Shown here piece after piece: positions 26,334 to 36,690 of a DNA stretch of 64,000 bases. The notes below the pieces were generated by a model. It did no database searches. It had not been told where the DNA came from and worked only from the letters and a program-made list of their open reading frames with translations. Each line of letters opens with the position of its first letter. Positions within the stretch are counted from its first letter, which is position 1. Origin of the DNA: a virus; the IMG/VR virus record IMGVR_UViG_3300023278_002686, positions 1-64,000 of that record; one strand, 5' to 3'. The translations under genes were made by a program, and so were the position numbers.

Positions 26334-27416
26334 ATGAAAGGAGGTTTTCCATATATGGAAATACAAACGTTAAATATTCAAAAAAATTCTAAATTTTTAT
26401 TAAATTCAATAGATCATGACAATATTTATTTTGAGTCTTTTTATCTAGATTTTGAAAATTCAAAGATTTACTTTCAAAATCTAAATTTCTATGGATCTAT
26501 TGATCTTTATTTTAAGTATGAAGAAGGAGAAAAGGTTCATGACAATTTTTATGTAACCGCAGATGATTTTATTCATTTATGTTGTTATCACGATACACTT
26601 TATTTAAAAGATTATTGTTTTTCTAATTCTAAAAATGAAACTATAGAAATAGGACATCGTAAAGAAGAGTATGCTCATGAAAAAGCTTTTTTTGAAAAAA
26701 AAGAAAATATGAAATCATTCAAATTAGATGTAGAATTACTAAAACATATGAAACATTCTCTTTATTATGTAGATAGTGACTCATTTTCAAGTTATGATGC
26801 ATTTTTTATCAATAATAAAAAATTATATACAACCGATTGTGTTAGATTTTATGAAGCGAATGTATCTATACAAGATAACTTTGTTTTACCATCATTTGCT
26901 GTAAGATTAATGTCAATATGCGATCCTGACACTGAAATTAATTATTTAGTTCAAGATAATAATGTTTATTTAAATTTCAATAATGAATTAACTATTATAT
27001 ATGCAAAAAGCAATAAATATGAATTAATGGATACTACTACCTTAGAATTTACTGAAAGTTATAATCATGAAAATTTTGTTAATGTTAAAAGAGAAGATTT
27101 TATAAATATAATACGATTTATAGAATCTTTTCTTAAAGGAGCTAAGAATGCTAGAATATTTATATCTATACGTGAAGATAACTTATATATTGAACTAAAT
27201 GATTCTGATTTTGCTAAAATAACAAAAATTCTTCCTATTGAAACTAAAAATATAAATGAAGGATCTTTTATTCTTAGTTTTTCAAATCTTAAATCTATTA
27301 TAAATCATATCGATAATGATATTATAACTATTCAATTTAAAGAAAATGCTCCTACTCTTAATTTTTATGGAGATAATAAAGATTTTCATATTGTGTGCGG
27401 GAGAATAAATGAATAA
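26334..27416 (+). CDS. DNA sliding clamp (beta-clamp/DnaN-like)
   Basis: ~355 aa, YTTDCVRF (cf. ATDGHRL), C-terminal clamp-like pattern; true start probably 26355. Confidence 0.65.
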   Translation: MKGGFPYMEIQTLNIQKNSKFLLNSIDHDNIYFESFYLDFENSKIYFQNLNFYGSIDLYFKYEEGEKVHDNFYVTADDFIHLCCYHDTLYLKDYCFSNSKNETIEIGHRKEEYAHEKAFFEKKENMKSFKLDVELLKHMKHSLYYVDSDSFSSYDAFFINNKKLYTTDCVRFYEANVSIQDNFVLPSFAVRLMSICDPDTEINYLVQDNNVYLNFNNELTIIYAKSNKYELMDTTTLEFTESYNHENFVNVKREDFINIIRFIESFLKGAKNARIFISIREDNLYIELNDSDFAKITKILPIETKNINEGSFILSFSNLKSIINHIDNDIITIQFKENAPTLNFYGDNKDFHIVCGRINE

Positions 27417-27840
27417 TAATAGTGTTTTTAAAGAATCAATAGAGTTTGATACAGATGCAGCTTTATGTTTACTTTCTCAATTTTTAAAAGGAGAGATTAA
27501 GATTACTAGAAGCTTACTTTTTAATAAACATCAATATGTTTATTATGATGTAAGTTCACGTTCTATTTTGAATGAGAAAGATAAATTATTAGAAGGTCAA
27601 AATAATTTTATTTTAAATTGGATTTCTAAAAAACAGGATTGGAAAATATACGATGAAAGTAGCTTAACTGTAGATGACTTAATTGAACAAGTAGCTATTT
27701 ATAGTATTGAACAAAATTTTAAAAAAATTAAAAAAAGTTTATCTAAATTAATTAATAGAGTAATAGAAAAAAATAATTGTAATTGTAATAAACAATTAAA
27801 TCAAGAAGAGTTAGACGAGATGTTAAAGGAGAATAATTAA
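27409..27840 (+). CDS. hypothetical protein
   Basis: ORF, overlapping start/stop. Confidence 0.6.
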   Translation: MNNNSVFKESIEFDTDAALCLLSQFLKGEIKITRSLLFNKHQYVYYDVSSRSILNEKDKLLEGQNNFILNWISKKQDWKIYDESSLTVDDLIEQVAIYSIEQNFKKIKKSLSKLINRVIEKNNCNCNKQLNQEELDEMLKENN

Positions 27841-28430
27841 TGCTGTTAGAAAATGAAAATATTGATGTACAAGAATTTATTAGAACTTTTAATAAAAAAT
27901 TTAAAAACTTTTGTGAAAAAGCTCCGATAGTAATGACTTATAGAACTACTCCTTCATCAGTATTTGTTTCTGAGATGAAGACTAAAGAAATTAAACAATT
28001 TGATTTTGATTTTAGTGTTTCAGTAAAACAAAATATTAAAATAATTAAAGATTGGTTATTTAAAAATAAATATCCAAGAATGATTCAAATTATAGAAGAA
28101 GAGATGTCATTAACTGAGGAAGAATTAGAAGAAAAATTAAATCAAGGAATTATGGATGATCAAATTTTATTACAAAAGAAAAAGAAAACTTATCATATTA
28201 CATGGGTAATTGAAAAAGTTATTATTTTAAGAGATGAGTTTATTATTCGTAATTTACAAGATAATAATTTATATGTATTTAAGATGAATAGTATGCCTTG
28301 TACTTTATTTCTAAAAAAAGTAAGAGAGAAATTAGATGAATTTCAAGCATATGATTTATTTGAAAAAAAATCTATTTTGTTTAAAAAACATTTATCTCAA
28401 GTAGATGAAAATAATAATATAATAGAATAA
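27840..28430 (+). CDS. hypothetical protein
   Basis: SD AGGAG. Confidence 0.65.
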   Translation: MLLENENIDVQEFIRTFNKKFKNFCEKAPIVMTYRTTPSSVFVSEMKTKEIKQFDFDFSVSVKQNIKIIKDWLFKNKYPRMIQIIEEEMSLTEEELEEKLNQGIMDDQILLQKKKKTYHITWVIEKVIILRDEFIIRNLQDNNLYVFKMNSMPCTLFLKKVREKLDEFQAYDLFEKKSILFKKHLSQVDENNNIIE

Positions 28431-28457
28431 AGTTGATTTAAAGGAGAATTTTAAAAA

Positions 28458-29753
28458 ATGAAGAATTGTAAATCATGGATCAAAGAAAAATTAATAGACT
28501 ATGACTTTTCAGTAAAACAAGTAAATAAACATTATGAGGAATTTATAAAAGAAACAGATTCTAATTCCTCATATGCATCATTTCAACAAACAGTTAGTAG
28601 AGTTAAAAGAAATCTTTTAAATGATTTAAAAGATGACGGATCTCATCAATTAGTAATTGATGAAGCTAATAAAGTTAATAGTATTAAACAAAAGTTACAA
28701 GATAAAAATAATGTAGTTAGTAAATTAAATAGAGAAACATATCGTATATTCAATTGTTTAGAAGACTTGAACACTGAATTAATTAACACTATCAAAAATA
28801 CAGAATGGAATATTCCAAACGCACCAAAACTTCCTAAGAAGAATTTAAAGAATCGAAAATATGCTGTAATTACACTTTCAGATATTCATGCTGGATGTTT
28901 AGTAGAAAAACATTTAGAACTTAATAATGAATATAATTTTGAAATATTAGCTAATCGATTAAGATATTATATTCAAAGATCTATTGAAGAATGTAATGCT
29001 AAAGAAATTACTGATATTTTGGTTGTTGGCCTTGGAGATTTTATTTCTTCACAACGTAGACTTTCAGAAAAAACTACTTCAGCTGCATCTATTACACGAT
29101 CTATAATGCTTATGAGTTATATTCTTATACAAGCTTTACATGAATTAAGAAAAAACTTTGAAACTTCAGTTCTAATGATATCGGGTAATGAATCTAGAAT
29201 TTATGAAACAGATAATATGAGTAGTTCAGATTGGTTAGTATCTGAAAATGGTGATTATGCTATATTTAATATTGTAAGAATGATTTATGAAATACATAAA
29301 ACAGATATAACATTTATTAAAACTAATTTTAGGGAAGTAACTTATAATTTTGGTGGAGTTGATTTCTTATTTTTACATGGAGATACTTTAAAATCAAAAT
29401 CAAATATTAATAAAAAAATAAAAGATCTTGTTGGCGATTATATGCTTAATAAGAAAAGAAATGTAGATTTTATTGTATTTGGACATTTTCATACTTCAGA
29501 TATTTCTGACTACTATTGTGGAGTTGCTTCATTAATGGGTAGTGATCATTACTCAAATAGAGATTTACGATTTACAAATAGAGCTTCTCAAACTATTTTA
29601 TTTATTGAAAATAAATCTGTAGAAGGTAAGAGAATAGATCTACAAAATATTTACTACGATTATCCTGGATATGATATTAAATCAGAATTAGAATACTATA
29701 ATGTAAAACCTATAAGTGCAAATACAGAAGTTGTAATAAGGAATTTAGTATGA
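28458..29753 (+). CDS. calcineurin-like metallophosphoesterase with N-terminal helical/coiled-coil domain
   Basis: SDIH, LGD, GNE, HGD, GHFH. Confidence 0.8.
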   Translation: MKNCKSWIKEKLIDYDFSVKQVNKHYEEFIKETDSNSSYASFQQTVSRVKRNLLNDLKDDGSHQLVIDEANKVNSIKQKLQDKNNVVSKLNRETYRIFNCLEDLNTELINTIKNTEWNIPNAPKLPKKNLKNRKYAVITLSDIHAGCLVEKHLELNNEYNFEILANRLRYYIQRSIEECNAKEITDILVVGLGDFISSQRRLSEKTTSAASITRSIMLMSYILIQALHELRKNFETSVLMISGNESRIYETDNMSSSDWLVSENGDYAIFNIVRMIYEIHKTDITFIKTNFREVTYNFGGVDFLFLHGDTLKSKSNINKKIKDLVGDYMLNKKRNVDFIVFGHFHTSDISDYYCGVASLMGSDHYSNRDLRFTNRASQTILFIENKSVEGKRIDLQNIYYDYPGYDIKSELEYYNVKPISANTEVVIRNLV

Positions 29754-30043
29754 ATATAATAGCTATCCATAGGAATTTATGTGATATTCCCATTGAATAT
29801 GCAATAAGTAATGTTCTTTATGATGAACTTTCTTTAGCTATGTGGGCTAAAGAACAATATATAGATTTTCATTTATTTCCTGATGATATTGAACTTTATG
29901 ATGTTACCAGTATTAATATAAAAACAGCAAGAGAAATTCTTAAAAGAAGTAAATTGTTATTAGATGAACATAATTTAAAAAGAGAAAAAGAACTTGATAT
30001 GGAAATAATAAAAAAATTAAAAGAAAAATGGTTTTTAAAATGA
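29750..30043 (+). CDS. hypothetical protein
   Basis: ATGA overlap. Confidence 0.55.
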   Translation: MNIIAIHRNLCDIPIEYAISNVLYDELSLAMWAKEQYIDFHLFPDDIELYDVTSINIKTAREILKRSKLLLDEHNLKREKELDMEIIKKLKEKWFLK

Positions 30044-30215
30044 TTAAAAAATTAAAATTAAAAATAAATAGGTATCATACATTAGAATGGAGAATATATG
30101 TTAAAAAACTTAAAAGACTTTGGAGAATGAGTAATTTTCTATGTGATAGAGTTCATTCTTTATTGAAATTAATTATTGTGAGGAATTGGTATAATAAAAC
30201 ACATAAGGAAAAAAA

Positions 30216-31163
30216 ATGAAATATAATAATATTATAATAGATGGAAACAATCAGTTTCATAAAAATTGGAGTATATATAAAACTCGATCTGAGAATCAAG
30301 TAAAAACTAAATCATATATTACAGAACCGATAGAAATGTTTTTAATGTCTATTCGAAAAATAGAAAGAAATTATTTGGCAGAAAATGGAACTATGTATAT
30401 TTTATTTGATAATGTAACTTCAAAAGAAAATTATAGAAAACAAATAGATCCTAAATATAAAGCAAATAGAGAAAAAGGTGAAGATTCTTATTACAAATGT
30501 ATAGAATATATACAACTTTTTTTATTGTCTTATAGTGAAAACTATAAATTAGTTTATAGACAAGATACTGAAGCTGATGATCTTGTATGGCCTTTGATGA
30601 TTCAATTTAGATTAAGAGATACTATTCTAATTAGTTCTGAAGATTTTGATTGGGCTAGATGTATGGAATATTCTGAAAATGTCTATTGGTATAAAAATAA
30701 AGAAATATATGATCGTATTAAATTTAAACAAAAATATGGATTTGAAATAAAACCTAATTCAATTGTAATTCATAAATCTTTTAGAGGAGATGCTTCAGAT
30801 AATATTCCAAATGCTTGTCCAGGAATACGAGAAAAAGATTTAATTAAATTGATTCAAAATTATTCTTCAATAAAAGAAATTTTAAATGATCTTCCTAATA
30901 TAGATTATATATCAGATACTTGGAAAAATAAAATAGCGTTAGCAAGTCCAAGATTAAGATTAAATGAAAAATTAGTAGGATTTATTAATATTTGTGATAA
31001 GGATCTAGATAAATGTATTTATCACTGTAAATTTGAACCTAAAATTCTTACAAAATATTATAAATCTATGAAATTTCAAAAGTTTTATGACTATCGATTA
31101 AATCCTACTAAATCTAAATGTAATGATTCTTTTTTTAAATTTGACAAAATTCAAAGAATTTAA
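30216..31163 (+). CDS. 5'-3' exonuclease / RNase H (FEN family)
   Basis: IIDGNN, YKANR, EADD, SEDFD, GDASDNIP..PGI. Confidence 0.9.
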   Translation: MKYNNIIIDGNNQFHKNWSIYKTRSENQVKTKSYITEPIEMFLMSIRKIERNYLAENGTMYILFDNVTSKENYRKQIDPKYKANREKGEDSYYKCIEYIQLFLLSYSENYKLVYRQDTEADDLVWPLMIQFRLRDTILISSEDFDWARCMEYSENVYWYKNKEIYDRIKFKQKYGFEIKPNSIVIHKSFRGDASDNIPNACPGIREKDLIKLIQNYSSIKEILNDLPNIDYISDTWKNKIALASPRLRLNEKLVGFINICDKDLDKCIYHCKFEPKILTKYYKSMKFQKFYDYRLNPTKSKCNDSFFKFDKIQRI

Positions 31164-31187
31164 TATATATATACTAAGGAGATTAAT

Positions 31188-31400
31188 ATGCAAAGTCTAA
31201 AGATAAAAGGACAGGAAACATTACAAGTAGAGGCCTTATGTAATGTATCTATTAATGATGCTTTTGATGAAGCTAAGGAATTATGTAAGAGTCTTAATTT
31301 ATATTATATTCATTTAAATTTTAATGGAATCTTATTAAAGATTTATCAAATAAGTATTTTTGAAGGAATTTATTCTCAATATATAGATGAATTATATTAA
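31188..31400 (+). CDS. hypothetical protein (paralog-like of next ORF)
   Basis: DA..EA..L....LNFNG pattern shared with 31430-31618. Confidence 0.6.
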   Translation: MQSLKIKGQETLQVEALCNVSINDAFDEAKELCKSLNLYYIHLNFNGILLKIYQISIFEGIYSQYIDELY

Positions 31401-31429
31401 AAAACTTAAAAGTAAGTTAAGGAGCATAT

Positions 31430-31618
31430 ATGTATATAAATAATATTGTAATTGAATTTCGTATAGGAACCGATTTAAAAGATGCTTTAAGACATGCAAA
31501 AGGATTAGCATTACAAAATGATACTTGTGTTATGTTTGAGTTTAATGATCATAAATTTGTAATTACAGAATGTTCTAATTTAGAAAGACAACATAAAAAT
31601 TATTATAAGGAAGATTAA
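31430..31618 (+). CDS. hypothetical protein
   Basis: SD AGGAG; DAL..A..LA....FEFND. Confidence 0.6.
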   Translation: MYINNIVIEFRIGTDLKDALRHAKGLALQNDTCVMFEFNDHKFVITECSNLERQHKNYYKED

Positions 31619-33738
31619 TGAAGATTAATTATGTAAAATTAAAAAACTTTTGTTCTATAAAAGACTCATTAGTAGAATTTAATGAAGGAATTAATTTAAT
31701 AGTAGGAGATAACTATGTAGGTAAAACTACTTTATTTAAAGCGATTGCTCTTTTACTTTTTAATTATACTAAAGGAAAATTAGAAGATTATATTCAATGG
31801 GGTAAAACTTCTTATGAAATAGAAATTGATCTTGATCATAATGGAAAACATTTTAATATAAAATATTCTTATAGCGTAAAGGCATCTAAACGAGTTGTAG
31901 AAATTGATGATAATATATATGATTCTAATAAAATAGCTCAACAAAAATTAGCTGAACATTTTGATCCTAAATATACTTTTGCAAGTGTTATTTCATTTGA
32001 AAGAGAATTAGATTTAGTTAATATAAATCCAGCAGACAGAAGAGAACAATTAAAAAAAATACGTAATTTAGAATTTAAAAATGAAATAAAACAGATTGAA
32101 GAAGAATTAGAGTTTTTAGAAAAAGATAAAACTATTTCTTTAGATAAAGATATTGCTATTTTAGAGAATAAAGAATATGATATAAAAGAGTTAAAAGAAC
32201 TTCCTTTTAACTCAGAAAATTATTCTAAAAAAGAATCCGAACTTGAACATCTTAATAGAGAAATACAAGAATATTCTAATGTAAAAAATAAGATTAATGA
32301 ATTAACAAATAAACAACAATTAATACGAACTCAAATTGATGAAACTACTCATGAAAAATTAAAATTAAAATCTCAAGGTGTCGATTATTCTAATAAAATT
32401 TCTTCACTTGATTATGAATTAAAAAATAATTCTTTTGGTGCTAATTTAGAAACATATAAATCACAATTAAATGAAGATCATAATATAGAAGTAAATAAAT
32501 TAGAACAACAAAGTAATAATATTATATTACAAAGAGTTCCTATATTTGATAATATTGAATTAAAAAAAGTAGAAAAGGAATCTTTAGAACTTACTGCTAA
32601 ACTTATGAGTTTAAAGCAAGAGTTAGCTTTAGTTAAACAAGGTAATTGTCCCACATGCGGTCAACCATTCAAATCATCTGAGGATGATATTAGTATAGAA
32701 ATTGGTGCTAATAGTACAACATTAGAATCGATTCAAAAAAGATTAAAAGAATTAAAAGAAGAATTTGATAAATATTCTAAAATGAATATAGAAAATGAAA
32801 AACTTAATAATTTGAAACAACAATTACATATTAAAATAGAAGCTGAGAAGAAAGCTATTCAAATTAAAATTCAAACTATTAAAGATAATATTGAAAAAGA
32901 AAAAAAGAATATAGAAATTTATAAACAACAAAAAGAAGAATCTATAAAAGAATATACTATTTTTCTAAATGAAGGTATAAAGACATTTAATGAAGCTAAT
33001 ATTAAATTAATTTCTTTAAATGAAGAAAATAATAAAATAGAAAAAGAAATTACTAAAATAAATTCAGTAGACGATTATATTTCTAAATTAGATTTATTAG
33101 AAAAACAAAAATTAATTGTTGAAAGTTCTATTGACTTATTTAAAGCTATACTTATAAAAAATAATCTTATTAAGGAACAAAATGAAAAAGTAGAAAAAAT
33201 TAAAATAAAAGATCAGGAAACTTTTAAGGAATTACAAAAGAATAAGTCAGAACTTATTCAAGAGATTACTGAATATAAAGAAGCTAGAGATATTCTTAGA
33301 AAGAAATTTCCTAATTTTATATTAAAAGACTTTATTCAAAATATTAAAGTTGGTATGAATAATTTTCTTTCTAAAACTTATAATGAAAATTATGAAATAG
33401 ATATTATAGAAAAGAAAGATTCAATTCATGTAGTTTATGGACCTTATAAAAAAGATGTATATTTAGCATCTGGATATGAATCAGCATTATTTTCTTTAGC
33501 ATATAAAGATGCTCTTAATAGAATGCAAAATCTTAATTTATTAATACTTGATGAGGTAGATCAAAATGCTAATGATAAAAATTGTATAATCTTATACGAA
33601 CATATAGGATCATTAAAAAAATCATATACACAAATTCTTTTAATTACTCATAGAGAAATAATTAAAGATTTATTAATAAATAGTTATGATGCTTCAGTCT
33701 ATGAAGTAAGCAATGGACAAATTGTTAAGGAAATTTAA
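31618..33738 (+). CDS. sbcC: SbcC/Rad50-like ATPase
   Basis: GDNYVGKTT, coiled coil, CPTCG hook, ASGYE signature, LILDE, ITH. Confidence 0.9.
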   Translation: MKINYVKLKNFCSIKDSLVEFNEGINLIVGDNYVGKTTLFKAIALLLFNYTKGKLEDYIQWGKTSYEIEIDLDHNGKHFNIKYSYSVKASKRVVEIDDNIYDSNKIAQQKLAEHFDPKYTFASVISFERELDLVNINPADRREQLKKIRNLEFKNEIKQIEEELEFLEKDKTISLDKDIAILENKEYDIKELKELPFNSENYSKKESELEHLNREIQEYSNVKNKINELTNKQQLIRTQIDETTHEKLKLKSQGVDYSNKISSLDYELKNNSFGANLETYKSQLNEDHNIEVNKLEQQSNNIILQRVPIFDNIELKKVEKESLELTAKLMSLKQELALVKQGNCPTCGQPFKSSEDDISIEIGANSTTLESIQKRLKELKEEFDKYSKMNIENEKLNNLKQQLHIKIEAEKKAIQIKIQTIKDNIEKEKKNIEIYKQQKEESIKEYTIFLNEGIKTFNEANIKLISLNEENNKIEKEITKINSVDDYISKLDLLEKQKLIVESSIDLFKAILIKNNLIKEQNEKVEKIKIKDQETFKELQKNKSELIQEITEYKEARDILRKKFPNFILKDFIQNIKVGMNNFLSKTYNENYEIDIIEKKDSIHVVYGPYKKDVYLASGYESALFSLAYKDALNRMQNLNLLILDEVDQNANDKNCIILYEHIGSLKKSYTQILLITHREIIKDLLINSYDASVYEVSNGQIVKEI

Positions 33739-34029
33739 ATGGATTTTATAGAAAAAGTTGGTTATATAGATAAACATGATTCTTGTTATGATATCTCTAA
33801 GAAGGATATTGAACTATTAGGAAAAAAAATACTTAAAATTCTTGAAAAACAATATCCTAATGATAAATTTAAAATAGAAAATAATGAAGAAGGATTATTT
33901 ATTATAGTAAATAATCCAGATTTATATGACAAAGATGAATATTTTGACTTTTTATGGACGATGAAGAAATTAAATCCTGAGATAAGAGATAATTTTATTT
34001 TTTGTTTTGATTATCCAAATAATTTTTAA
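33739..34029 (+). CDS. hypothetical protein
   Basis: ORF in operon context. Confidence 0.55.
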   Translation: MDFIEKVGYIDKHDSCYDISKKDIELLGKKILKILEKQYPNDKFKIENNEEGLFIIVNNPDLYDKDEYFDFLWTMKKLNPEIRDNFIFCFDYPNNF

Positions 34030-34044
34030 AGTAGGAGGTTTTAA

Positions 34045-34248
34045 ATGATTGAAAGAATAGGTTATGAAAATGATGGCTATGCAGATCGAGAAGCATATTG
34101 TGATGCTCCTGGATGTGACGAAATTATTGAATTAAAAGAATGTACTTTTTATGAACTTATAGATGAAATTAAATGTATGGGTTGGAAAATTACTAAAGAA
34201 GGTGATGAATGGACACACTATTGTGAAGAACATAGGGGAGGATACTAG
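34045..34248 (+). CDS. small zinc-binding phage protein
   Basis: CD..GC, GW......HYC..H. Confidence 0.65.
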   Translation: MIERIGYENDGYADREAYCDAPGCDEIIELKECTFYELIDEIKCMGWKITKEGDEWTHYCEEHRGGY

Positions 34249-34366
34249 TAATGGGATGTGCAATTATAATATTAGCTAGTGTATTAGCTACTTATTTTTT
34301 TGGTGGTGAATTTTGGGGATATTTATTAGGACTTGGTCTGTTATGGATTATTTTTGGAGATAATAG

Positions 34367-34672
34367 ATGAAAAAAATATTATTAGTACTAGTGATAATAC
34401 TACTAGGTACCTCATGTACAGATTTTGAAAGACATGTGAAGATGGTTCCTAGAGATAGAATAAACGAAGAAAAAAATTCAAGTTATATGACTTGGTTAGA
34501 TCGTAATTTAATAAATCAAATTCCTGTACAATTTAAATTTGTAAAAAAATTAAAAACTCATTTTTATATTTGCCAATATCATAATTTTGAATATATTGTT
34601 TATATATATACAAATAGGTTTAGTGTTCCTGTAATTAATTTTACAAAATTGGAGATAGTAAGTAATGAATGA
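34367..34672 (+). CDS. putative lipoprotein
   Basis: MKK-hydrophobic-LGTSC lipobox. Confidence 0.6.
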   Translation: MKKILLVLVIILLGTSCTDFERHVKMVPRDRINEEKNSSYMTWLDRNLINQIPVQFKFVKKLKTHFYICQYHNFEYIVYIYTNRFSVPVINFTKLEIVSNE

Positions 34673-35084
34673 AAAAGTAATAATAGCCTTTTGGAGAGGT
34701 GAAAAAGTAAGATTAAAAAATTGGCCTCCAGGTGAATATTTTTATTTAAATCCTGCAACTCATAACGTATTTGATAAGAATGCGGTTAGATGGGAGAATC
34801 CCCCTTTAATATCAAATTTGTTATCTAATGATTTTGAAATATACGAAGAACCTATTTTAGATTCAGAAAATAATATAATAAAACAAGGTGATATATTTAT
34901 ACCTCTCAATGTCGAAAATCCTCATCCAAATATCTTTCATAGTCAAGTAGAAGGAAAATATTTTATAGGATTTTTTTGTCTTGGGCGATTTTGTAGAGGT
35001 GATGACAGATCTTCTTCTTCCTCTATCAGGAAACTAGCGAATGCTCCTCAAGAAATTTTAGATTTAATTAAGGAGCAAAAATGA
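34665..35084 (+). CDS. hypothetical protein with DUF2829/Tad2-like N-terminal domain
   Basis: A..RGEKVR..NW....YF ... LLSNDFEIYE. Confidence 0.4.
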   Translation: MNEKVIIAFWRGEKVRLKNWPPGEYFYLNPATHNVFDKNAVRWENPPLISNLLSNDFEIYEEPILDSENNIIKQGDIFIPLNVENPHPNIFHSQVEGKYFIGFFCLGRFCRGDDRSSSSSIRKLANAPQEILDLIKEQK

Positions 35085-35320
35085 AAAAGAAACATTTAAA
35101 ATGTTGTGGGAATTGCTCTAAAGAAGGAGGAGAAGAAGGAGTGTCGTATTGTGGTGACATGTACAAAAAAGTTAAAGCGTGGGAAGTGTGCATTAATTGG
35201 GAATATGATAACAACAAAAGATCAACAAGAAAAGGGAGATCATCACAATGAAAAAGTTTTTAATAACACATATAATAGCTGCACCACAAGAAATATTAAA
35301 TATATTTGAGGAAAATTTAG

Positions 35321-35494
35321 ATGAAAGTATATGAAATAGAATGTTTTCCAAGTGCCAATACATGTATTGAAAAAGATCTTAAAAGGATGTTTGTTTGGTT
35401 TGAAGAAGCCAATATCGAAGATGAAATTAAAATTAAAGTACTTGAGATGAGTGAAGAAGAATATGAAAATCTTCCTGAATTTGAAGGACCATAA
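35321..35494 (+). CDS. small acidic phage protein (57 aa, not in ORF track)
   Basis: MKVYEIEC...EMSEEEYENLPEFEGP*. Confidence 0.55.
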   Translation: MKVYEIECFPSANTCIEKDLKRMFVWFEEANIEDEIKIKVLEMSEEEYENLPEFEGP

Positions 35495-35504
35495 GGGGTA
35501 ACTA

Positions 35505-36197
35505 ATGTCAGGGCCAATATCGGTAAATAAAAATAATTATCATAAAAATAATAGTATAGTATATACTCCAGATATTCTTTGTAAGAAATTAGTAGATATA
35601 TATGAATCGAGTAGAACAGATACAGATAAAGATAAAAAAATTATATTTGATCCATGTACAGGAACCGGAAATTTACTTAGATATTTTAAAATATATTTCG
35701 ATCAATATAATAATGAATATTTCAGGAATCACTACCTAACTTTTGGAATGGATATAGATGATAATAAAGATCGAAAATATTGTGATAAATTTATTAAACA
35801 AAATTTCTTATCTTGGGAGCCTACAAATAAAATAAAACCAGACTTAGTTATTATGAACCCACCTTTTAATAGAGAGTTAGATAATGAAACAATTAAATGG
35901 ATGAAAGAACATAAGTTAGGAAAAGCATTATTACCAGATTTATTTCTTAAGCAGGCATTTGATCTATTTGGACATGATCAGAAAGTGATAATGATTACAC
36001 CTATGGGATTTCGATTAAATCAGAGAATGATATCTAAACGATATAAAGAGTATTCTATAGGTAAGTATGGTGATTCTAAGATTACATCGATAATGAGTAT
36101 TCCATTAGATATATTTCCAGAGGTACAAATTCATATTGAAATATTATTCTGGAATATAAAAGGAATCGAACCTCATTATTGGTTAGATTCAGTTTAG
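35505..36197 (+). CDS. orphan DNA N6-adenine methyltransferase
   Basis: VYTP, FDPCTGTG, NPPF. Confidence 0.85.
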   Translation: MSGPISVNKNNYHKNNSIVYTPDILCKKLVDIYESSRTDTDKDKKIIFDPCTGTGNLLRYFKIYFDQYNNEYFRNHYLTFGMDIDDNKDRKYCDKFIKQNFLSWEPTNKIKPDLVIMNPPFNRELDNETIKWMKEHKLGKALLPDLFLKQAFDLFGHDQKVIMITPMGFRLNQRMISKRYKEYSIGKYGDSKITSIMSIPLDIFPEVQIHIEILFWNIKGIEPHYWLDSV

Positions 36198-36208
36198 GAG
36201 AAATTTTT

Positions 36209-36592
36209 ATGAAAAATTCTAATAGAATATATAGACATTATAAAAATATGAAATCTCAGAAAAGAGATAAAGATGATAGATCTTATAATGCTAGTATACA
36301 TGCGAAGGTATTTAAAGAGTTAGAGTTTAAATTTATAATTAAACATCTTACTAAAAATGAAAAATATTATCTTTCTAGAAAAATATATAATGCTTTTCTT
36401 TATATAAATAATTTAAATTGTGTTGATAACTATAGGTTAGCTCTATTCAATCCTAATAGATTAGTAAAAAAATGGATAGGTAAATTTGATTATGATTTAC
36501 AAAAAGATAATGGTTGTTGTGGGTTTTATGATGAGGAAGTAAAATTAAATTCTAGTAAAATAGTATTATTTGGATTTAATTTTGGTCATTAA
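36209..36592 (+). CDS. conserved phage hypothetical protein
   Basis: DNYR, GCCGFYD, GFNFGH; start after AGGAG. Confidence 0.65.
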   Translation: MKNSNRIYRHYKNMKSQKRDKDDRSYNASIHAKVFKELEFKFIIKHLTKNEKYYLSRKIYNAFLYINNLNCVDNYRLALFNPNRLVKKWIGKFDYDLQKDNGCCGFYDEEVKLNSSKIVLFGFNFGH

Positions 36593-36690
36593 AATTTATA
36601 GAAGGTTGTAAAAAATAAGTGAAATATATTTAATAAATATTTGATATTTATTAAATATTATTATATTCTATATATAGAGGATAAATTTAA

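Noticed and set aside
35106-35309. 67-aa + strand ORF starting at GTG
   Set aside because: An alternative frame starting at ATG 35081 (Cys-rich, overlapping the previous stop, with SD) fits better
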